The notes under the pieces were generated by a model. The model made no database searches, had not been told where the DNA came from, and saw only the letters and a program-made list of their open reading frames with translations. From NCBI RefSeq assembly GCF_026914265.1, contig NC_069127.1, positions 1,617,682-1,681,681 of the forward strand: a stretch of DNA of 64,000 nt. Direction: 5' to 3'. This stretch comes from Mya arenaria (lineage: Eukaryota). Shown one piece after another: positions 23,101 to 29,923 of this stretch (positions are counted from its first letter, which is position 1; each line of letters starts with the position of its first letter). Both the position numbers and the translations under genes were made by a program.

Positions 23101-23778
23101 GATGTGCCAAATGCATCCCTGTATTGTCTTCCAACTATGTTTTGTTGGGGTTTTTGAGGTGAAAAGATCAAATATGTAACTATCAATTAAACAACCATTT
23201 ACTATTAATTTAGTCAATTAAACAATCAGCTGGATACTGTTTTGTTTGTAAATGACAGAACAACATTATTGAATGACCCAATGAATTCCCTGAAGAACCT
23301 CGCCAACATGTTGGGTTGCCCCAGTTTTTTCAATGGTGACAAATTGTTTTATTTCAGGAAGTAATTTTTTTATTTTTTGTTTTTGCACATTTTTCGAAGG
23401 TTTAATATTGTAATGCCATTATTAATTTAATCATTGGCACACATCAGCATTATATTAGCATTCTGATTGATAAGCAAATGTTAAATCTTTTCAAAATGTA
23501 ATGAATTTTTCAGTATAGTGCCTTTTACCTATTGATTTAATGATTATATCTAAAACATGAACACCTGCATGCAGGATGAGCTAGAGGCAGTGAAGGAGAG
23601 CCAGGAGAAGCTACAGAACACCATAAACAAGATGCGCTACAACAACAAGGAGATGAAGGGCCAACTCAACAATCTCGAGGGGATGATGAAGGCTCTCATG
23701 TCTGCGCAAGGCGTCACATGGCATGATGAAGATTTCCAGGAGTCAGAGGAGATCAGCCCCATGGGAGCCTACTCATAG
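5099..23778 (+). CDS. TRPA1: TRPA1-like transient receptor potential ankyrin cation channel gene, 25 coding exons, about 1227 aa
   Basis: Exons 3-14 encode ankyrin repeats ([256 protein letters not shown]). Exons 16-24 align colinearly with the human TRPA1 pre-S1 to TRP-helix region (DVAEEAFNRCMEGNKENMESPNYSITFNYEFL; VNTKREDLLAHPLVTALLRYKWTKFGRTFYYINFFVYAIFLTF; RWQWNIGTAAIFLAWINLVLFAQKFPRFGIYVVMFKDILKTFIQFFVVFFLFIIAFALAFYCLLQNQ; PAFGSVWKSLIKTSVMMIGEFEYDG...FMVVMSIIIMNLL; VGLAVDNIKEVQEQAELTRKGMQ; VELALDVERMVPDFFRRKFVVRKDTL). The C-terminal exon is coiled-coil-like. Summed exon length is 3684 nt (divisible by 3), with consistent phases at every junction. Confidence 0.85.
6491..6688 (+). CDS. 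TRPA1: TRPA1-like exon 2 (DMKLPQGNYRSTINVGSDSGRPQVEMTDLPTEKPRAPVDEPFPLPEIPHLPRVETGHDVMNLTLHQ)
   Basis: Acceptor tgactacag|, donor CAG|gtatgt. The length is 198 nt and it is phase 0. Confidence 0.7.
7069..7237 (+). CDS. TRPA1: TRPA1-like exon 3 (ankyrin repeats)
   Basis: Acceptor ttaccccag|, donor GCAG|gtttat. Peptide [56 protein letters not shown]. Confidence 0.8.
7545..7651 (+). CDS. TRPA1: TRPA1-like exon 4 (ankyrin)
   Basis: Acceptor tcttctgcag|, donor CACAG|gtatgt. Peptide [36 protein letters not shown]. The donor is the first unit of a 23-bp minisatellite. Confidence 0.8.
7652..8276 (+). repeat. 23-bp minisatellite (about 27 units, caggtatgtactgtcaggtagggca) that starts exactly at the exon 4 donor of TRPA1
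   Basis: The real donor CACAG|gtatgtactgtcagg is followed by tandem copies that each contain CAGGTATGT. Confidence 0.95.
8327..9276 (+). repeat. 51-bp minisatellite (about 19 units) in the same TRPA1 intron
   Basis: The unit is acacatggctgtcacatacaagaggtcatgaaggggtggtagtcagttatc. The ORFs at 8428..9114 and 8879..9097 are translation artefacts. Confidence 0.95.
9448..9645 (+). CDS. TRPA1: TRPA1-like exon 5 (ankyrin)
   Basis: Acceptor ttccttgtcag|, donor ATTGAG|gtgtgt. Peptide [66 protein letters not shown]. Confidence 0.8.
9985..10035 (-). other. tRNA-related SINE-like 3' end (T-arm CAGGGTTCGATCCCTG followed by a T9 pol-III terminator)
   Basis: The minus strand reads ...cctgctgaacgaaaggaccagggttcgatccctgcagccatcaaagcattttttttt. 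No complete cloverleaf could be found upstream. Confidence 0.3.
10667..10870 (+). CDS. TRPA1: TRPA1-like exon 6 (ankyrin)
   Basis: Acceptor gttcactag|, donor GATGG|gtgaca. The donor was chosen because exon 7 must start in phase 0. Peptide [68 protein letters not shown]. Confidence 0.7.
11244..11337 (+). CDS. TRPA1: TRPA1-like exon 7 (ankyrin)
   Basis: Acceptor tttgtttacag|, donor GAGAAAC|gtaagt. Peptide MVTDKDIDGNTCLSLAVENGHYEVVKLCLEK. Confidence 0.75.
11619..11814 (+). CDS. TRPA1: TRPA1-like exon 8 (ankyrin)
   Basis: Acceptor ttgtcattcag|, donor GACAG|gtgagc. Peptide (R)[64 protein letters not shown]. Confidence 0.85.
12217..12400 (+). CDS. TRPA1: TRPA1-like exon 9 (ankyrin)
   Basis: Acceptor ctgcaccacag|, donor CTGGAG|gtttga. 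Peptide (R)[61 protein letters not shown]. Confidence 0.85.
12626..12733 (+). CDS. TRPA1: TRPA1-like exon 10 (ankyrin)
   Basis: Acceptor tgtatttcag|, donor GTCAGG|gtgtgt. Peptide [36 protein letters not shown]. Confidence 0.85.
12984..13072 (+). CDS. TRPA1: TRPA1-like exon 11 (ankyrin)
   Basis: Acceptor ccatattacag|, donor ACCAA|gtatgc. Peptide [29 protein letters not shown]. Confidence 0.8.
13355..13501 (+). CDS. TRPA1: TRPA1-like exon 12 (ankyrin)
   Basis: Acceptor ctaccctttag|, donor GCAAG|gtatgt. Peptide (N)[48 protein letters not shown]. Confidence 0.8.
13824..13935 (+). CDS. TRPA1: TRPA1-like exon 13 (ankyrin)
   Basis: Acceptor gtgtgttttag|, donor GGCAAAG|gtatga. Peptide (R)NVSMWTPLDCAAAKGWMKTAKVLLEADSPIDPMDKAK. 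The exon end and donor are re-copied about 26 times in the downstream 40-bp array. Confidence 0.8.
13936..14962 (+). repeat. 40-bp minisatellite (about 26 units) that re-copies the last 15 nt of TRPA1 exon 13 plus its donor
   Basis: The unit is ATGGACAAGGCAAAG|gtatgatggcttaactagggttggg, and the first unit is the genuine exon-intron junction. Confidence 0.95.
15168..15304 (+). CDS. TRPA1: TRPA1-like exon 14 (ankyrin)
   Basis: Acceptor cttatttgtag|, donor AACTC|gtatga. Peptide [45 protein letters not shown]. Confidence 0.8.
16093..16214 (+). CDS. TRPA1: TRPA1-like exon 15; ends at a GC-AG donor (CCAG|gcaaga)
   Basis: Acceptor tgccattccag|. Peptide (S)NVATAIIKSDYWHEALRNHTLDLITNRHDTPMRKLIRKMP. 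The only donor that keeps the frame into exon 16 (DVAEEAFNRCME, matching human VAKVVLDRCMK) is AG|GCAAGA, a GC-AG consensus. No in-frame GT alternative exists. Confidence 0.7.
16278..17173. mobile_element. MITE-like non-autonomous DNA transposon (896 bp) in TRPA1 intron 15
   Basis: Terminal inverted repeats tcagggttcgaatttaa... and ...ctaaattcgaaccctga. There are subterminal reiterated motifs (actcgcaaaat, cactcgcaatttcc, gcgagtgc). The element is flanked by GTA on both sides, a possible 3-bp target-site duplication. It has no coding capacity. Confidence 0.7.
17581..17739 (+). CDS. TRPA1: TRPA1-like exon 16 (pre-S1 linker)
   Basis: Acceptor gtgtatatcag|, donor GATG|gtaaca. The peptide (D)VAEEAFNRCMEGNKENMESPNYSITFNYEFLDDLYSMLSWSEKGTSDSGSSD matches human LDRCMKKSNEDPKSPDYFVEMDFKYLQ. 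Confidence 0.85.
18154..18326 (+). CDS. TRPA1: TRPA1-like exon 17
   Basis: Acceptor tgcttcgcag|, donor ATCATG|gtaaat. Peptide (G)DRDMLNMKLSQYLPLVYSVRFVSPGSLYDDEDHLTKKALPYTTDSGTFKKNHPLMIM. Confidence 0.75.
18689..18861 (+). CDS. TRPA1: TRPA1-like exon 18 (pre-S1/S1)
   Basis: Acceptor ttgttaccag|, donor ATCAA|gtgagt. The peptide VNTKREDLLAHPLVTALLRYKWTKFGRTFYYINFFVYAIFLTFLTGYVVSTDAPYMI matches human VQNNRIELLNHPVCKEYLLMKWLAYGFRAHMMNLGSYCLGLIPMTILVV. Confidence 0.85.
19616..19757 (+). CDS. TRPA1: TRPA1-like exon 19 (S1-S2 loop/S2)
   Basis: Acceptor gccgtttcag|, donor CGAGAG|gtattc. Peptide (N)VSEITGTTSGGSDCQRLSDSGKYKQDWFSKIGKYAIIVLAAWNVLRE. Confidence 0.8.
20119..20250 (+). CDS. TRPA1: TRPA1-like exon 20 (S3)
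   Basis: Acceptor gtgtttgcag|, donor AGAACT|gtaaga. The peptide LLQIYQAKLNYVSWENLIEWVTYVTSLLFVIDFEACQQSTGYRT matches human AGQIFQQKRNYFMDISNVLEWIIYTTGIIFVLPLF. Confidence 0.8.
20388..20588 (+). CDS. TRPA1: TRPA1-like exon 21 (S4-S5)
   Basis: Acceptor ttttgctgtag|, donor AATCAG|gtcagc. The peptide RWQWNIGTAAIFLAWINLVLFAQKFPRFGIYVVMFKDILKTFIQFFVVFFLFIIAFALAFYCLLQNQ matches human QWQCGAIAVYFYWMNFLLYLQRFENCGIFIVMLEVILKTLLRSTVVFIFLLLAFGLSFYILLNLQ. Confidence 0.9.
21326..21496 (+). CDS. TRPA1: TRPA1-like exon 22 (pore helix/S6)
   Basis: Acceptor ctttcttttaacag|, donor TTACTG|gtaaga. The peptide PAFGSVWKSLIKTSVMMIGEFEYDGIYVEGEVFYKVLAYILFVVFMVVMSIIIMNLL matches human DPFSSPLLSIIQTFSMMLGDINYRESF...FVPIVLMNLL. 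Confidence 0.9.
21685..21945. mobile_element. MITE family copy A (about 260 bp) in TRPA1 intron 22
   Basis: Ends cctcaatttctcgcaa... and ...gagaaagtggggcctgg. The interior (aaaaatagtgagctcagcttcatcatgttatacaagacttagg...) is homologous to 29090-29160. Confidence 0.55.
22384..22452 (+). CDS. TRPA1: TRPA1-like exon 23 (S6 end/TRP-like helix)
   Basis: Acceptor tggtgtacag|, donor ATGCAG|gtacgg. The peptide VGLAVDNIKEVQEQAELTRKGMQ matches human IGLAVGDIAEVQKHASLKRIAMQ. Confidence 0.9.
22814..22993 (+). CDS. TRPA1: TRPA1-like exon 24
   Basis: Acceptor atctgcaatag|, donor GAACTC|gtaagt. The peptide VELALDVERMVPDFFRRKFVVRKDTLRPNEGISFFFNKAFGLASYGLTAQTIYKALNPEL matches human VELHTSLEKKLPLWFLRKVDQKSTIVYPNKPRSGGMLFHIF. 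Confidence 0.85.
23575..23778 (+). CDS. TRPA1: TRPA1-like terminal exon (C-terminal coiled coil), stop TAG at 23776-23778
   Basis: Acceptor cacctgcatgcag|. Peptide DELEAVKESQEKLQNTINKMRYNNKEMKGQLNNLEGMMKALMSAQGVTWHDEDFQESEEISPMGAYS*. A candidate AATAAA lies at 24327-24332. Confidence 0.8.
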   Translation, partial: DELEAVKESQEKLQNTINKMRYNNKEMKGQLNNLEGMMKALMSAQGVTWHDEDFQESEEISPMGAYS

Positions 23779-24326
23779 TGTGGAAAATCTCCTAGTGGAG
23801 AGTATTCCTAGTGATAAGTACTCAAGGTCACAACAAATACTGGCAGGCAAGGGTAGTCACTCTTACAGACTGGTAGTGATTGCACAATACCGGTAATGTT
23901 GATTTGATTGTGATTTGGTGAATTTTCTGCAATTAATTTTATACACAGGAATGTCTTTTTTATTTTCTCCCATTTCGATTAGTATCGAGGTATGCTGTAT
24001 GTTTAAACCTAGGACTAGGAGTTTAGTGCTCAGGTACTGAAGTGATAACTTGTTGTGCCTGAAGTGTTGTGTGGGTATATTTAAGTGCCAATACTGAACA
24101 ATTACAAGGTTGGGGTGGTCTAAACCTTTTTTGTTTTTCTGTGCTATGATATTTTAAGCACTATATATTATTTTTTGTTAAATAATTTTAACAATTATGA
24201 TTGCATTTTCTTTATTATTTTTGGGTCCATACATAACTATCTTGACTAACTTTTGTTTCAAGTTCGTACCAATTTTCGAAGTTATATTAGATTTACACCT
24301 GACAGTTTTATTTGCTTTTGATTTCT

Positions 24327-24332
24327 AATAAA
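24327..24332 (+). terminator. candidate polyadenylation signal AATAAA for the TRPA1-like gene
   Basis: This is the first canonical AATAAA in a plausible position, about 550 bp after the stop codon. No EST support is possible here. Confidence 0.3.
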
Positions 24333-27290
24333 TTGGAACAGTTTCAGTTTATGATTTGTGGCCCTTTCCCAGTTTTCTTACAGTTCTTGTCTGCTATTTG
24401 CTCATTGTTGTTTGCATTTTTCATTTTTATTTTTTTTACTTATTTTCCTTTTTTATTTATTGTTTATTTACAATGCAATCCTTGAAGTATAGAGAGGCAT
24501 GTTTATATATTAATATCAAAATTCATAAATGACATTGCCATCATGGCATAACTTTATATAACACCTAGGACCAATAACTTCAATCCTACTCCCAGATAAC
24601 AGTTACTTTGGTTCGAACTCCTGGTGTGGCATCATATATGAATAGCGTTGTAAAGTGACCTTGTTAAATAGCAAGGACTTCTGTATTTTAAGGTATTAAT
24701 ATTTTGATACATATTTATGATACAAATAAAATATCAAATTTTTGGTCATCCAATACAAAATCTATTAAACTCCTGTAGCATTGTCTTTGTACAAAATTGC
24801 CATGCTATATGTTATATAGTTTTTTAGATGATTGTTAGTGTTTGCTTGTATTGTATTGCATTAGAGATGAAAATTATTGTATTAGCACCTGTAAGTGACT
24901 GAATGTTAATTATTTGTTAAATCTAGCAACCAAATGTCTAGAGTCTCCACTGCTGATGTTGCCGTCTGGCCTTCTTGTGTTTTCTACAGCATTATCATGA
25001 TTCTGTTCATTTTTATAGATATTTATTGATTATGTTGTAAAGTATATGATATTATTTTTCTTAATATTTAACCAAATTATTAGGAAAATTACGTTTTCTT
25101 TTGATTTGATCATGTAAAATGTATTTTTGTACAAAAATGTAATAAGAAATCCTTTACGGTTGTTATGGTGATGTGGTCCTGGACAATCTATGTCTTAGAC
25201 TTTACCAGGAAATGAAATTGACAACAGTATGAATACCACTCATTTATATTCTGAAAAACTTCGGCTGTATTGAAACTTTCAAACGTACAACAGTTATGTA
25301 TGAATTGTCCAATTCAAAATACCCATTAAAACAGGGGCGCTGGAAGTAGAATGACATTGGGGTGGCAAAGGGGGGTGGGGGAGGTGCTGTCGCCCTTGAT
25401 TGTTTTAGATGGGGGTGGGATACCAATACAAAAAGGGTAATTTTTGGTTAACTCTAATAATCGAAATTCTGATTAAAAAAGGCTGTAATGGTACACATTT
25501 TATTTACATAAAATGATCATTGAATTCATGGATCAATAACACAGTTATCAATAGCATACATTCATGGATTCTTTTTACTGGAGGATCAGTTTGGAAATTT
25601 GAAACTGCTTGGTTGATTAAGTGTAGCCATATTAACATTATAAACAACTGTGAAGAATATAAATGAAATCATCTTTTTGATATATATTGCCTTTAGCAAG
25701 TTAAAGGAATTCAAGTTTGTATTTTCTTTTTCTTTTCTTTGATGTATTTTAAACTGAATATGTATAATATAACCATTGAATATGTTAAACAACCAATCAT
25801 AATTCATGTTACATGTAATCTGTCATATAACTGGGTCAGTACATATATCTGTTTGGTAATTTCCTAGGGGTATATTCCATAGATTGTTATTTGTGTACAT
25901 GTAGTATAACTGTATATGACCTTGTATTTGAACATTGATGAACACGTTTATCAGAACCTGCAATAGCACCCAACCCACATATTCACAGTATGGTTGGGGA
26001 ATTTTCGACCAGGTAGGATATATAGGGGACTTTTCATCAAGAATCTAAGAAACTATTTAATATTGTACCTACGAAGGATTTCAAACAGTGCAGAACTAGT
26101 CTTGAAAAAATCTCTTATAAGGTATGAATATGCTTGGGCGGTTTTTGATGAAATGGCCCCATCATCTTCATCAGCTACAGGTGTGTAAATGAAAAAGAAA
26201 TCATAATTTCAAACATCATTTTTCAAATACATTGAACTTTTTCTGTGTTCATGTTCCATTTAGATTGTTGCTTAGGAGTGAATATTTTAGATAAATGGAT
26301 TATAAATATATGAATAGATATTTGGATTTGTTTAAGTTTGAAAATCTGTTGTATAAGTCTGCGCATTATGTGTAAGTTATTATTGCTGACAAATAAAGAT
26401 GCACTCTTACTCCCAAATAAGATTTACTTCAATCAAAAATATTGTTTTAATATTCCAAAAAGGATGAATAAATGTCAAAAACAACTGTTCTTATGAAGGA
26501 TGTGGAGTTTAATTTGAAAGAAATTTGCATAGAACACGGTATTTCTACCTTATGAGACTATAGTAGACCTAGTTAATCTTTTAGCATTTACCAATCATTT
26601 AATATTTTTGGGCTTCCTGCTGTTAAATCCACGGTTACAATCTTGTTATCAGTAATTAATATTTTCCATAAATGCATTATTTAGTAAAAAGTTAAAGGTT
26701 TATCAGTCAAAATTTATATTTGTTATACATGTGTATGTATTGATTTTGAATAAGAGTGTCACTTTAATGATATCAAATACACCTTGCATAATTGTTTTCA
26801 CACATCTTCAATCTTCATCTTCTGTGATATTTCCTCAATGGCCTGTAAGGGTTAGTGATCTGACTTATGTGTATGTTTTTCTTAACTTCTGTACATGTAT
26901 TCATGTATTTGCTCAGTGAAACAGTTTAGAAATCTTTGCAATGAATTCATAGAATTGTTTACTCAGTATGTTGACTATACATGTACCATTCAGGAATCAG
27001 TGCTGTTAACTTAATGAATAACTTACATACTTTCATTCAACTGTTCTTGATATCTTTGTTAAACCATATATACTTTACACAGTATATTTAATTTTCTTTT
27101 TTTTCTGTATATAACATACTGATTGTCTTGTTAAAACCAAACTATTTTGGTGCATTTAAATGGTTTACATTTTTACCAATATACCATTTCTGTCTGTGCT
27201 TAGAAACTAAGGTATATACACCCGTCTTCTGTCCATGAACAGGTTCTGCATAAAATGTGTCAGCTTTTATTTTTGGTTTTGCCAAAGCCT

Positions 27291-27318
27291 TGGTGTTGTT
27301 GTTGCTGTTGTTGTTGGT
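27291..27318. repeat. (GTT)n microsatellite
   Basis: The sequence is tggtgttgttgttgctgttgttgttggtg. Confidence 0.8.
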
Positions 27319-27399
27319 GACGGCATAGTGTCGTTGCGCAAAAACATTAACGTTGGGCATATCTGGGCACACCTGTTGCCAGAAATGATACACTCACAG

Positions 27400-27866
27400 A
27401 AATGTCCATAACTCTGACTTGGACACACATTTTCAGTAAGGTCCATAACTCTGACTTGGACACACATTTTCATCAAGGTCCATAACTCTGACTTGGACAC
27501 ACATTTACAGTAAGGTCCATAACTCTGACTTGGACACACATTTACAGTAAGGTCCATAACTCTGACTTGGACACACATTTACAGTAAGGTCCATAACTCT
27601 GACTTGAACACACATTTTCATCAATGTCCATAACTCTGACATGGACACACATTTTCAGTAAGGTCCATAACTCTGACTTGGACACACATTTACAGTAAGG
27701 TCCATAACTCTGACATGGACACACATTTACAGTAAGGTCCATAACTCTGACTTGGACACACATTTACAGTAAGGTCCATAACTCTGACTTGGACACACAT
27801 TTTAAGCAAGGTCCATAACTCTGACTTGGACACACATTTTCAGCAAGGTCCATAACTCTGACTTAG
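27400..27866. repeat. 37-bp minisatellite (about 13 units; ggtccataactctgacttggacacacattttcagtaa)
   Basis: The repeat lies in the intergenic region. The ORFs at 27267..27578, 27542..27763 and 27802..28026 are repeat artefacts. Confidence 0.95.
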
Positions 27867-28900
27867 TAACTGTTGAATTATGTCCCTTTTTCGACTGAAA
27901 TAAAGAACAGATGAGTGATTGCATTTCTGTGTTGCTGCTCTTGTTAATATGATATCCATAATTAATATTGAAAGGCAGGGATGCCATTGCAAAATGTAAG
28001 AAAGTAACACAGTATGTGGTAAACATTGATTGAACAATTGTTCAATCATCATGATTTCTACCTCAAACTTGAATATGCAAAGATAATGTGTATATAATTA
28101 TGTTCAACAAGATCAAGAGCAACATTTAGTCTTATGTTAATTATATGAATGATATAATAGAATAATTGTGTACCAAAACTTTTTATTATAATCACATTAT
28201 CATTTATTTAATGGTGGAAAATGCCCCAGTTCGGCGAAACATGACTTTTACACATAACACACCAGAGTATCATTACCACTAATATTAACATGAATATAAG
28301 CAGCAATTAACAGGCAAAATAAACAGTTCCCATCAATTACAAATGGCGATTTTTCAGTATAGAGGCGTTTCTTCCCCCATTAAATTGATGTAATGTTTGG
28401 AGCCCACAGATGCACAGAGATCTGCATTATAAACCTGTTGTTAATACAGTCATTGTCTTGTAGTATGTACAACGTGTTCAGCGTTCTATGGGTTTGTATA
28501 TTTACGCTGTGTTTTATGGCAGTTAATGTTTCTCACCATAGTAATTTGATTTACTCAAATACGAGGGTATTTTATTCTTATAGAATACTTGTGTTAGTTT
28601 TGAGGTCTTTGATAGACAATATAGCAGCTCCACGTTTCTACTATTATATTTTGTTTTTATCGAGACCATGTACCTTGAACAAGTCTTTATAAACTATTGT
28701 TGTATTTTCCATATCATGTTTACTACATATTTGTCCCTTTGTATGATGCATATACGAGATGTAGTAGTTTGTAGTTTTCATATTTTCAGGTATATATATT
28801 TCTTTATTTACATGTAGTAAGTTATATTGTACAGATATTCTAAATAAAATTTAACAAAACGCGAGTTTATCCTCATATTAAGTGTGTGTCTGTGAACACC

Positions 28901-29157
28901 CAGGCCCCAATTTCTCAAACCTTCTTAAGCTTAACAGTCTTAAGTAGCTTATTTCAATTAGCTAAAATACATACTTAAATTGGATTTTGATAAATGAAAA
29001 ATAACTTGTGATTATCATAAAGATAGTTCCTATCTAGAGTATAAAAAACTCTTAAAGAAATAAACATTACGCAAATTAATGAAAAACAAAAATAGTGAGC
29101 TTAGCTTAATCCTGTTATGGGGGACTTAAAAAGTTTCGAGAAATTGGGGCCAGGTTC
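28901..29157. mobile_element. MITE family copy B (about 257 bp)
   Basis: A perfect 14-bp terminal inverted repeat ggccccaatttctc ... gagaaattggggcc. The interior is homologous to copy A at 21685-21945. Confidence 0.6.
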
Positions 29158-29701
29158 TAAACATCAGGATTAATCCTAAAATCAGGATTTAGGGCTTTTA
29201 ACTTCAGGCTATTGTACTGTTGTAAAGATTATTCTTATGCTCGGGTATCTGCATCAAAAACGGAAGGAAGTATCTTGAAACGACTATAATGACATTTTGA
29301 AAAGCCCCGTAACTCTGCTTATGGCATGAATCCCTCGTACTCAAACAGACCCCGTACATGTTTCAGGGTTTACCATTATCTGCTGTTAGACCCCCCACCC
29401 ACCTAATACAGGTTTTGGCGGAGACAATACGCCCATGCTATGATGTGTAGCAAGTTTCGTAACTCTGGTTTTAATATTTGTTGAGTGTTTGCCCTTTGCA
29501 TACATGTAGTTAACCGTTAAAGTAGCCGCGATGGCGTCCACTTACGGGACTATTGGTTGATCCTTCCTTGCATTATGGATCATTCAGAAGCTACTTGGTG
29601 TAAAAATAGTCCAAAATAAACAAACGTCGCATGAATCTGTATTTATGCATGTAATTTGCAAAAATCGCCAACAAGATAACAGTCAGACATAAACGAGCCC
29701 G

Positions 29702-29923
29702 CTATCCGACTAGCTGTGAGTTCGAGGGCGTCATGGTATCCGTGGTGATTTTAAAGTTCCGGAAATACGTGTACGTGTCGTGTGGGCTGGCCCAAGAGCT
29801 GTCGCCGCCCCCGAAGAACGTGGAGAAGAAGAGCCCGTCTATGTCGAAGCCCGTGTTGTCCCGCATTATGATGTCAGTCACATGCACCTCCGCGTGCCCG
29901 TCCACCCACAGCTTGATGTAGCC
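29702..29923 (-). CDS. lyase-like gene exon 6 (terminal), stop at 29702-29704
   Basis: Acceptor tttctccacag|GGC. Peptide GYIKLWVDGHAEVHVTDIIMRDNTGFDIDGLFFSTFFGGGDSSWASPHDTYTYFRNFKITTDTMTPSNSQLVG*. Confidence 0.7.
   Translation of the reverse strand, partial: GYIKLWVDGHAEVHVTDIIMRDNTGFDIDGLFFSTFFGGGDSSWASPHDTYTYFRNFKITTDTMTPSNSQLVG

Noticed and set aside
25994-26188. 64-aa plus-strand ORF downstream of TRPA1
   Set aside because: Its composition is AT-rich and intergenic-like, and it has no conserved motif. It is treated as noise.
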